Virus record (IMG/VR): IMGVR_UViG_3300037808_000992
Coordinates: 36,985-100,984 of that record
DNA length: 64,000 nucleotides
DNA from: a virus
Strand: one strand, 5' to 3'
Numbering within the stretch: position 1 is the stretch's first letter; each line of letters opens with the position of its first letter. The translations under genes and the position numbers were made by a program. Below the pieces are notes generated by a model. The model was not told the origin of the DNA. It searched no databases and saw nothing but the letters and a program-made list of their open reading frames with translations. Below are positions 9,511-18,614 of the stretch, one piece after another.

Positions 9511-12500
9511 ATGACTGCTAACGGTCCAGACGTAAACACCAAAGGGTCAAGCAGGACCACCTGCATGGTTATCGTTGATACCCATGATCGAGGGCAGCGA
9601 TTGAAGGGTCAGCGTATTGATCTTTCCCCTTATATTACACAGGTCAGCGTAGACACCCATCTAACCGGAGGGGGTCAAGCGAGTATCAGCCTTCCGGCTG
9701 TACAGCACATTGAAGATATTGTTGCTGCTGGGGACTTGGTAAACGTATATTTCAATCTTCATCGAAACGATGTCGATAGATATAACAAGGGGAATGTTCG
9801 TGTTTTCTTCGGTTATATCGACACAGTTAATAAATCGGTAACTGTAGACGGATCAGGCGGTAAATTAACGTCTTACACGCTTACTTGTTCAGCCTTTGAT
9901 AAGGCGATTAAGCAGACTCAGATTTATAACAATCCGCACCTCGTAGCTACCCAAGCGGGAACCAAAAAAGATGTTGTTAGGAAAGATTTTCAAAATAATC
10001 TCGGGGGGATGTCTTTATTCTCAAAAGGTATTGCCACACGAGGGACACCGCGAGATCTGGTTCTAAGGAATTTAATGCGCTTATTGGGCTTTGGGGGACA
10101 ATTTATCCTACCGGCCCATTACCAGGAGGTCTTACCCGACGCAACTCACTCTGTAACACTGGAAAAAAATACTACAGATTTAGACAGTAAGCTTATTTTT
10201 AGTGCGAGTGCTATGTCCGCGATCACAATAGGTGAGCAGGCGACAATCCTCGCAGCCGTAAAAGGTTTTAAAGGTAAAATAAAGCCTACGGGTCTCGAAT
10301 TAGACACTACACAACTTTTTCTGGAGGGGAACATCAGTCGAGACTCTTGGATTGCCGCAATTAACCAGACAAAATTTCAAGAATTTCAGACGGCATTCCT
10401 AGCCGCCATTAGTACAGTGTCTCCGAAAGCCAAGGCGCGTATGTCAATATCCCTCCCAAAATTTAAAAGTGGGGACGTAAAGTGGGCTGAGACGTTTGTT
10501 TCTAATACTTATTTTAAAATAAGTACTGGGCTCAAAGGACTATCCTACATGGGAGTTTCTTCAAGTCTTCCGGTTGAGACGGGTGTTAAAGGCGTTTTAA
10601 TGACTCAGTTACAAGAGTCCATAGCTGAAATACGGGGGGTGAAGGATGATTTCAACGATCCAGATCTCTTCCCGTCTGTAAATATGTGGGCGGATGCGGG
10701 TGGCGAGGTGGCTCCTGCGAAGACTATCTTTAATATTTTAAGTTTAGATTATTTAGAAGACGTAGACGGGTATTACGGAAACTTTAATTACATCTACTTT
10801 AGTGGCTCTTTGTGGGGAGCCTGCTATCAGAATGCAAACACAGACATTAACGAGTTGTTTTTTGATCTACGACCCGCTGCTAATTTTGAAGATACTTCCG
10901 CGAGTGGGACGGATGGACTGGGTATTCCGCTCGATGGAGCCATACCGATGGTCCCGGCAGTCGTGCTGAGAGAGAAACCGTTTACTAATTACCGACAACC
11001 TAAGAACTTAATTTCGTCACCAGATAACATATCCACTATAAAAATAGGCGCTCTTGCAAAGGAATTTGTGTCGAGCAAGTTACCTTTTAATTCACAGGGT
11101 GCGAAGATCCCTGCAGGCGACCAACTTTATATGGCCATACTCTCCCCTACAGGCGCAACTCAAGGGTTTAGAGGATTAAGAGCAACAGCAGAAAATTTAA
11201 ATAAAGTTAAGGGCGCGTTAAGCAAGGTAGGTAGTGGATCTTTTCAACCCTTAAAACAATCAACGACTCTTTCGGAGCTAAATCTAATAACAGGTGGGTT
11301 TTTTGATATTGCTGTAGAAGGCTACACCCTTGTGGGTGCGCCTATACAAGGTTTACTATCTGGTCTTCCAGGAGTCGCGCCTGCTCTGGTAGGACCACTT
11401 CTTAATATAAAAACGACGCCCAGTACTAAGTCGAAGGTTGAAACGGTTAAGAAACAAGCCGCTGATCAGGCTGTATTTATTGAAAAACTTGAGAATTCTC
11501 CAGGTTTAAACCTGGATAAGTCGCAAGTTGTAATGAGCGGCGGAAGTGAGAAACAGATAAACATTTTGGGATTATCACCTACCAAAGATAAAACTGGCAA
11601 GGAGGTACCTTTAGAGATTGGGGAACGTGCTTTTTCAACCATATTTGCGTTACCAAAACCTGTTTTTAGATCACCGGACGGGGGACGTGTCACGGTGGAG
11701 AATAAACAGGGCGGAGTGCAGCGAATATTAGGCGTAATACAACCCACCAACAATCCTAAAGCCGGAGAACCGTATAAAGCATCGTTCAAGGCATTTTCTA
11801 CAGACGACGCGAGTGCCAGTGGAGTGAGGAACGTAGCAGGGGAATCGATATATGAAAGTACGGGCAGCGGCACGAATATGAGTACGGCTGCTCATTTAGT
11901 TTTAGGCGCTGATTCAAATTTAACGTCGATGAGTAACAATATACTGGGCGGTAAAAAAACAAGGGCGCATATTCTAGACTTCGTAAAAGTTAAATCTCAG
12001 GATGTGATGAACGAGTCATTTTCACGAGGTGACCACGGGCTCGTTAATATAGCAGAACTTTTTCCTAAATTAGCGGGTTCAGACGCCCAAAAACTTTACT
12101 TTGTTGATCAGCTACCCATCGTAACTCCTATTAGTATTCATCGTTTTGGGGTTAGAGCATCTAAGATAACTACTGATTTTGTTAACCCTGCTTTTCTAGG
12201 CATTTCAAATGATTTTTGGAATCAAAAATCCATGATTATGAAATGGAACGTTATGTTAGATATGTGGAACCAGCATAACCATGAGTATTTGACAGGATCT
12301 ATAAGCGTGCGAGGTTTGCCGGGGATACGTCCAGGGTATCGTTTGGACAGGCCGGAATTAAATCTATCGTTTTACGTGGAACAAGTAGGACACACGTGGA
12401 CTTATCCAGGTCACTTGGCAACACAGGTTAGTGTAAGTCGTGGACAGCCTATGTCTGCGGAGACCGCTTTAGATTATATCCCGCCCACCCCTAATGTGAA

Positions 12501-12672
12501 GGCTAATGATTCTCCGCGCCAACATTTAGGGCAAGTATTTGAGACAGGAAAGGATGAGGACGGTAAGGCTTACCCTTACGCAGGAACATTTACAGGTGAA
12601 GTGATAAAACCTAAATCTAGAAGTAAATCAGTAAGAGTTCTTATGAACGATTTTCTAAAGAAGGTTTTTTAA
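9511..12672 (+). CDS. Baseplate hub protein (gp27-like) with large insertion
   Basis: N-term DLSPYITQVSV...VFFGYIDTV; C-term GSISVRGLPGIRPGYRL...FYVEQVGHTW hub signature. Confidence 0.75.
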   Translation: MTANGPDVNTKGSSRTTCMVIVDTHDRGQRLKGQRIDLSPYITQVSVDTHLTGGGQASISLPAVQHIEDIVAAGDLVNVYFNLHRNDVDRYNKGNVRVFFGYIDTVNKSVTVDGSGGKLTSYTLTCSAFDKAIKQTQIYNNPHLVATQAGTKKDVVRKDFQNNLGGMSLFSKGIATRGTPRDLVLRNLMRLLGFGGQFILPAHYQEVLPDATHSVTLEKNTTDLDSKLIFSASAMSAITIGEQATILAAVKGFKGKIKPTGLELDTTQLFLEGNISRDSWIAAINQTKFQEFQTAFLAAISTVSPKAKARMSISLPKFKSGDVKWAETFVSNTYFKISTGLKGLSYMGVSSSLPVETGVKGVLMTQLQESIAEIRGVKDDFNDPDLFPSVNMWADAGGEVAPAKTIFNILSLDYLEDVDGYYGNFNYIYFSGSLWGACYQNANTDINELFFDLRPAANFEDTSASGTDGLGIPLDGAIPMVPAVVLREKPFTNYRQPKNLISSPDNISTIKIGALAKEFVSSKLPFNSQGAKIPAGDQLYMAILSPTGATQGFRGLRATAENLNKVKGALSKVGSGSFQPLKQSTTLSELNLITGGFFDIAVEGYTLVGAPIQGLLSGLPGVAPALVGPLLNIKTTPSTKSKVETVKKQAADQAVFIEKLENSPGLNLDKSQVVMSGGSEKQINILGLSPTKDKTGKEVPLEIGERAFSTIFALPKPVFRSPDGGRVTVENKQGGVQRILGVIQPTNNPKAGEPYKASFKAFSTDDASASGVRNVAGESIYESTGSGTNMSTAAHLVLGADSNLTSMSNNILGGKKTRAHILDFVKVKSQDVMNESFSRGDHGLVNIAELFPKLAGSDAQKLYFVDQLPIVTPISIHRFGVRASKITTDFVNPAFLGISNDFWNQKSMIMKWNVMLDMWNQHNHEYLTGSISVRGLPGIRPGYRLDRPELNLSFYVEQVGHTWTYPGHLATQVSVSRGQPMSAETALDYIPPTPNVKANDSPRQHLGQVFETGKDEDGKAYPYAGTFTGEVIKPKSRSKSVRVLMNDFLKKVF

Positions 12673-12674
12673 AA

Positions 12675-14693
12675 ATGCCTACTCGTATACGTAGGGGGCA
12701 AGATTCTGCGCCAGGAGGCTTTGTAGACTCAGCGGGGCTAATTATTCCTTCAGATCAGGTAGGGTCTGAAGTGGATGCAGAAGATTATATGCCCTATGCC
12801 ATATTGGGCATAGTTCAGCGCGTTTATTATGCAGATGACGAAGATAATATATCTCGTCTAAACAAGACTAGTGCGGATTCAGGTTTAAGCACTGACAAAG
12901 AGCCAGCAGCTGGCGGTCCTGCGTTAACGGATCTTTGGAGAGCTACTCTAAAAGCTTTTAAAGAGAAAGGTGACCATTTATATTGTGACGTTCGCTCTAT
13001 AACTGTCCCTAGAGGCAATAAATCTGCTCAGGCTATTTATAGAAATTGTTTAATCCTCCCATCAATAAGTGGTCCTTTGGATTATGGGATCACCGTCCCA
13101 ACTCCTGAGAATAATTCTTCGACCGACAGCCAAACAAGTGACGGAAGTTGGTGTCTTATTAGTTTTATTAATGGAGATCCTACTGCTCCTTACGTTGTGA
13201 AATTCTTTAATAGTCCGATAGGTGGAAAAACCCCGACCCGACGAGAGGGGAAGGTTACGAAACATCATTACAACGGCTGCCATGTAGACATACACGACAA
13301 TGGGGACTTAGTTGTTGATTGCAAATCAGCAGGTGCGACCCCTGTAGTTAATAGTCATACGGGTCATGTGGGACAAATTCGGGGTAGTTCTTTAGCCGGT
13401 AAAATTACTGTAAGTACTAAGTCTGATATTCAGTTGGTTGCTGGAGATGGGGGTCGTGGGCCGAATACCTTTAACCAAGATGAGTTGGCGGGGGGAAGTC
13501 TTACTCTGGCAGCGCATAAACAAGTTGTACTAACCTCTAAATCGGAGACGGTAGAGATATTCACTGATCGGGATCCGATTACGTGTGATGTGGTACACCC
13601 TGTTAATATTCAAGCGGCACATGGCGGCAAAATGCGAGCCGCTAGAGAGGGGGACTCGGTAAAGATATACCCGTCCAATACCGGCGGGGATATTTTTGAG
13701 TACTTAAGCACGATAAAAATGTATTTGGGAACCGCTGCAAGTGTAATGGCTGGTCAGGCCCCTGAGGGGGCAGTCCAAACCGCTGCGCTTGCATTTAGTT
13801 TAGTAGACGCTTTGCCTCTCCCTACTTTTGCTAAGGGGGTTATTACAAGCGGGACAGATTATGTGTATTTGGGTGGCCCAACCACTGCCGATAGTGTCTT
13901 ATCGCCTGACGCAGATACGTTTTTATTAGATGAGCTAGGGGTGTTTCCTGGACCTATTGAAGTTGCACTTTGTATTGCGGAAGCTGTAGGGACTTACATG
14001 GGGCTGTTGTCTGCAGATATGCTAAAAAGTGCTCTTGCCACCCCAATTATAGGAGCGTTAAAAGAGTCAGAAGGTTATATTGCGGCTAATGAGGCTCCCA
14101 GAGGGACGGCGTTGTTCCCGCCCGGTACTACTAAAGCGTTAAGTAAAGTGAACAACGCAGTGATCCATTTACTTCTCACGGGAGATATTGAAAAAATTAT
14201 TAATAGCGACGAGTGGTCAGAGGCAGGGGTTAAAGCCGCCATAGAAGACCTAGAGGCTGTTAATGAGCAATTAGACGGTGTGGAGGGGGACGAGGAGTCT
14301 CCCGGATATTATAAGCTATATGAAGAGGCTTTAGCTGAGTATGCTGCGGATCCGACTGCAGATAATTTGGTTAAAGTTGCTCTTGCAGAAGGGAAAATAG
14401 ATAAAGCGGAAGCTAAGAAGAAAACCTTAATGGAGAAGGTGGGGGACAGTGTAAAAGAGTACGGCGATAAAGTAGGAGCTATTTTAGAAGACCCCAACGT
14501 GAAGATTTTGGCTAAGATTTTACCTGATATTTTAAACAAAGAGCCTAAAGAGGCTCTCGAAACACTGCGCGAAGAAACGGGTTTGTCTGGTGAGTATGTG
14601 ATTAGCCTTATACGAGAGTGTTTAGAGCCAAAGATTTATGCGTCTATCAATGATGCGTTAAATAAATTTTGTGGAGGCACGGATTACGAATGA
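12675..14693 (+). CDS. Baseplate central spike (gp5/gpV-like) with PAAR-like tip and helical C-terminal extension
   Basis: OB-fold motif GSWCLISFINGDPTAPYVV; RAAREGDSV and GVITSGTDYVYLGG. Confidence 0.65.
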   Translation: MPTRIRRGQDSAPGGFVDSAGLIIPSDQVGSEVDAEDYMPYAILGIVQRVYYADDEDNISRLNKTSADSGLSTDKEPAAGGPALTDLWRATLKAFKEKGDHLYCDVRSITVPRGNKSAQAIYRNCLILPSISGPLDYGITVPTPENNSSTDSQTSDGSWCLISFINGDPTAPYVVKFFNSPIGGKTPTRREGKVTKHHYNGCHVDIHDNGDLVVDCKSAGATPVVNSHTGHVGQIRGSSLAGKITVSTKSDIQLVAGDGGRGPNTFNQDELAGGSLTLAAHKQVVLTSKSETVEIFTDRDPITCDVVHPVNIQAAHGGKMRAAREGDSVKIYPSNTGGDIFEYLSTIKMYLGTAASVMAGQAPEGAVQTAALAFSLVDALPLPTFAKGVITSGTDYVYLGGPTTADSVLSPDADTFLLDELGVFPGPIEVALCIAEAVGTYMGLLSADMLKSALATPIIGALKESEGYIAANEAPRGTALFPPGTTKALSKVNNAVIHLLLTGDIEKIINSDEWSEAGVKAAIEDLEAVNEQLDGVEGDEESPGYYKLYEEALAEYAADPTADNLVKVALAEGKIDKAEAKKKTLMEKVGDSVKEYGDKVGAILEDPNVKILAKILPDILNKEPKEALETLREETGLSGEYVISLIRECLEPKIYASINDALNKFCGGTDYE

Positions 14694-16705
14694 TACCTAC
14701 AAAAGACGGTATTCTTACTAGTATTTCTTCTGTTGTGGAGAAGGGGTTAGCAGGGTCAGCTTTTGGTGGGTTTTTAGAGTTTTTTAAACCTAAAGCCATT
14801 GATATTTTTGACACTCGAACCGCTACGCGCATCTCTAGAGATCATCAATCTATTGCTGTTACTAATATTGGCGGCGGCAACACTACTAATTTTGGAGAGA
14901 ACGAAAACCTGTACGGGTTTTCACTTTTGAAGTTTAGAAACAGTTTGTTATTTGGCGGTTGGGTGGATGTAAACATAGGAAGTTTACTCGGTTTTGATTT
15001 AACTAATTCTTTAACCGGGGGTGACGAGATCGCTAACGTCTCTAGTTACTTCTTCAATATAAACCCACGATCTATTTCTCTGTCAGAGCCTTTTGCTACG
15101 CATATTGTCCCCACTCAAGCTTCAGGAATTTATGCTGAATCTCAAGGTGTTGTGCTCCGCACCCTTTCAATATCAGGAACAACAGGGTATCGACCCGGAC
15201 TCCCTTCATCAACCAGCGGAGGGGACCATACGATCCCTCATGAAATTGGAGAGCCCACTGGATTTCTAAATTTCATTAAATTACGTAATTTATTTAGGAA
15301 TTATAGTGATCTAAAGAAAGACGCGGGACAGGCGTATAATACTTATTTGGTTTGGTATAACGGCAAAGAGCAGGAGACATGGTTTTGTGAACCTACTGAT
15401 TTTTCCTTGTCTCGGGATGCGGGTTCTCCGTTTACTTTTAATTACAGTATTAGCCTCACCCTTACTCAGAAGGTTCACTTCTCCTCTATTACCAATACGA
15501 TTAATCCTCGCTTTGACAGCCCAAACTTCTTCATTTCCGCACTGCGCACAGCCCAAATTCTTTTTGAAAGACTCCCTTTTATCAAAACGATTAGTACGAA
15601 TTTAGGTCTTAAAAATGGCGTACTCAATGCTTATACAAAAAACGTGGCTGAGCTAAGTGAGTTTATGACAGACACGACGCAGGGCTTTATGAAGATGTCT
15701 TCAGCCGCTACGGGTGCTGCGGGTATGCTCTTTCTTCCCTTGGTGGGGGTGATTACAACAGCACAAAAATTAATACGTGCTGGAAAACAAGTTGAAGACG
15801 AGTTTCCAGCAATGTTTGGTGAGGATGCGAATTCTGACCTTACCAAATTCTTCTCAGATAATTTGTTTAGTGCAGAAAGCATTCTTAGAAATGCCATTAG
15901 AGATAGCCAGGAGGCGCTGAGGGTAATCTCAGAGAAGATGGCAGCGCCCACCACAAATAAACTTGCATCCAATAAAACGTACTACTCTTCGTCTAGTGAT
16001 TTTAACGCTGGGGGGACTTACGGGGATGCGCCTGCAGCCACTCAAAATGCTATCATCCCTGGAAATAAGACAACAAATGTTCCTACTCTAGAGGATGTTC
16101 TAACCTTGAATGGGGTTCCTTTGGCGTGGAAGGATTGGGTTATTGCTTATAACAACTTAAAGCCGCCCTATATAACCGCTGTTCCCTCAAAGAAGTCCAA
16201 ATTTATCAAAGGTCCTGGTGATTCTCTTATTTTACCGATGGATCCTAAGCCAATCCCAAAAGATATTTATACAAAGCTTCCTTACAAGCCTAATTTAAAT
16301 GTCTACGAAGAGCTTTTAGGGAGAGATCTTAAATTAAATAATAAGGGAGGATTCAACGGAACTCCTAAATTCAATTTTTCAATTTCTCCTACGGGTGATT
16401 TAGAGGTTGTAGACGGAAAAGACAATATGCTCCAGGCGTTAGATATTAAACTTAACGTACCTCGGGGATCGTTGTTCCTACATCCTAATTTTGGGATCGT
16501 TTCAGTAGTAGGGGAAAAAGCTACACGCTCACTAAAATATAATCTATACCTATCCATTAACGATACGATGTTGAGTGATGGTCGGGTAGAGGATTTGAGC
16601 GATTTAACTATAACTTTAGACGGTGATCGAGCTAATATCGCTTGCCACGTAAATATCATTGGGTCGCTGCCTAACGTGCCTGTTGAATTTAATATGAGGG
16701 TGTAA
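14690..16705 (+). CDS. Fused baseplate protein: tube-initiator-like + LysM/gp53-like + gp25-like wedge
   Basis: FNINPRSISLSEP...ISGTTG; WVIAYNNLKPPYI; GDLEVVDGKDNMLQAL...PRGSLFLHPNFG; ATG 14690 with GGAGG SD and ATGA overlap. Confidence 0.7.
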   Translation: MIPTKDGILTSISSVVEKGLAGSAFGGFLEFFKPKAIDIFDTRTATRISRDHQSIAVTNIGGGNTTNFGENENLYGFSLLKFRNSLLFGGWVDVNIGSLLGFDLTNSLTGGDEIANVSSYFFNINPRSISLSEPFATHIVPTQASGIYAESQGVVLRTLSISGTTGYRPGLPSSTSGGDHTIPHEIGEPTGFLNFIKLRNLFRNYSDLKKDAGQAYNTYLVWYNGKEQETWFCEPTDFSLSRDAGSPFTFNYSISLTLTQKVHFSSITNTINPRFDSPNFFISALRTAQILFERLPFIKTISTNLGLKNGVLNAYTKNVAELSEFMTDTTQGFMKMSSAATGAAGMLFLPLVGVITTAQKLIRAGKQVEDEFPAMFGEDANSDLTKFFSDNLFSAESILRNAIRDSQEALRVISEKMAAPTTNKLASNKTYYSSSSDFNAGGTYGDAPAATQNAIIPGNKTTNVPTLEDVLTLNGVPLAWKDWVIAYNNLKPPYITAVPSKKSKFIKGPGDSLILPMDPKPIPKDIYTKLPYKPNLNVYEELLGRDLKLNNKGGFNGTPKFNFSISPTGDLEVVDGKDNMLQALDIKLNVPRGSLFLHPNFGIVSVVGEKATRSLKYNLYLSINDTMLSDGRVEDLSDLTITLDGDRANIACHVNIIGSLPNVPVEFNMRV

Positions 16706-16709
16706 GTAG

Positions 16710-18605
16710 ATGCCGTTATTTAAGCCGAGAACAACAGAAGAGATTCTAAATGACGCAGTTAACTACGTACATTTCAATACGAATCTAACTGATTTTAATG
16801 TGGGTAGTGTTATTCGCACTATTCTTGAGGCATTGGCTTATGAGGATGCTGAGCAGTATTCTCAAATGCTTGCCGTATTAAACTCGTTTTTTATAAAAAA
16901 CGCTTCCGGTGGAGATCTCGATGAGCGAGCGGCTGCTTATAATTTAGTACGCCTGCCTCCTTTTGCGTCAGCGGGTGACGTGGTATTTTTAGACACAGAA
17001 CTCCCCAGATCGTTTATTGTTTCTTATGTACAGGCGGGAGACACCTCCATCCCTATTAATGATGCGGGTGCCATGGATTTTGCAACTCCGTTTGTTGTTC
17101 GTTTGGGGGAAGGTTCTAGTTCTCAAGAAGATGTGTCTATCGATTTGGTGGATTTAACTAATAACACGCTTAGGGTGAACGCTGCCGCAGTCCCTCCATT
17201 TAACACTTTAGACTTTGATCATGTAGCAGCGGCTGCTGAGGTAGAAGAAGTAGATAATCGAACTAATTTGGTGTGTCTTGTAACAGGAGATCCAGATCGT
17301 ATTATTCCTGCCGGTGTTACACTTCGTTCTAAACCCACCAATACCATTCTTCCCGTTAACGCTATCACCACAGAACCTATGACTCAGGTAAATGGTAACT
17401 TTCTCAGTAATCCTGTCTCTGTGATTACTACAGATTTAGGTGCGGCAACGGTTATCGGGGATCGTCGTTTAAATCAAGTGGTTGGTTCGGCTGTTTACAA
17501 TGGCGCTCTTCCTATAAACCTAGAAGCTATTTCCGGTGGTCAAGATGCTGAGGGCGATGCTTCTTTTAGAGATAGGATAGGACTTCATATCGGGGGCTTA
17601 TCAGCGGGTACGGTATCCGCTATCGTCTCTAAGTTATTACAACTCTCCGATCCAGTTACGTTTCAAAAAGTTCAACGGGTGTCTGTTCGAGAGTCGTTTG
17701 GGGAAAAGACTGTCTATGTTTACGTCGATGACGGGACAGTGGATTTTGTAGGTGATGTAGAGAATTTCCCAACGGATACTTTATCCCACGCGGCTGCGTT
17801 GGGTGATAATTCAATTCAAGTAATTGCAAGTACTGATTTTCCAGAAGCTACCTATGCTTCTCGTCAGTATATTATTGTGGATCCCTCTGGGTTAGACGGA
17901 GACCCTATCGCTCTCCAGTATTTTGAAAACGTGAGCAATAGTTTAAAAATATCGCCGTCCGTACCCCATAACGTATCAGCGGGGCGCGCACTCGCCGTGG
18001 CTGAGGCAGTTGCTGAAAGTACTGAGCTTGATAAGAAGTATTATTTTTTGCAGAAGTATCCGCTCACTGAGGATAATCTTTTGTTATATCTAGCATCTCC
18101 CACTTTAGGAGACGCCGTGCGGTTAACTGAAAACGTAGATTTTGTTTTAAATAAGTCCAATGGGCAGATTGAGTTTTTGTTCGGTTTTATTCCTGCCCCT
18201 GGGATGATTTTGCTGGCTGTGTATGAAGTCTTTGTCAATTTAATAAAGACTGTTCAGGATGCTATCGACGGAGACCTTAATAACACCTTGGCGTTCCCAG
18301 GTATCCGGTCAGCAGGTGTTAAAGTTTTAGCCCGTCCTGCTCATAAGACACCTATCGATATTGTGCTTGAGATTAGTATTAATTCTGATCTTACAGATCA
18401 GGCAAGTGCTTCCTTCTTGGTGAAGCAATTGATTATTGCTTATATAAACGGGTTAGATATCGGTGAATCAGTAATTTTAGCTGAGATCATAGACCGCGCT
18501 ATGAGTGTTTCAGGTGTTATAAACGCCAATGTAGCGTCCCCTGCTGGGGACATAGTAATCTTAGACGATCATGCTCCGTTCGCGGATGACATCATAATTA
18601 CGTAG
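16710..18605 (+). CDS. Baseplate J-like wedge protein
   Basis: LTDFNVGSVIRTILEA, GGDLDERAA, SGGQDAEGDASFRDRI, YINGLDIGESV. Confidence 0.9.
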   Translation: MPLFKPRTTEEILNDAVNYVHFNTNLTDFNVGSVIRTILEALAYEDAEQYSQMLAVLNSFFIKNASGGDLDERAAAYNLVRLPPFASAGDVVFLDTELPRSFIVSYVQAGDTSIPINDAGAMDFATPFVVRLGEGSSSQEDVSIDLVDLTNNTLRVNAAAVPPFNTLDFDHVAAAAEVEEVDNRTNLVCLVTGDPDRIIPAGVTLRSKPTNTILPVNAITTEPMTQVNGNFLSNPVSVITTDLGAATVIGDRRLNQVVGSAVYNGALPINLEAISGGQDAEGDASFRDRIGLHIGGLSAGTVSAIVSKLLQLSDPVTFQKVQRVSVRESFGEKTVYVYVDDGTVDFVGDVENFPTDTLSHAAALGDNSIQVIASTDFPEATYASRQYIIVDPSGLDGDPIALQYFENVSNSLKISPSVPHNVSAGRALAVAEAVAESTELDKKYYFLQKYPLTEDNLLLYLASPTLGDAVRLTENVDFVLNKSNGQIEFLFGFIPAPGMILLAVYEVFVNLIKTVQDAIDGDLNNTLAFPGIRSAGVKVLARPAHKTPIDIVLEISINSDLTDQASASFLVKQLIIAYINGLDIGESVILAEIIDRAMSVSGVINANVASPAGDIVILDDHAPFADDIIIT

Positions 18606-18614
18606 AGGTATTCG

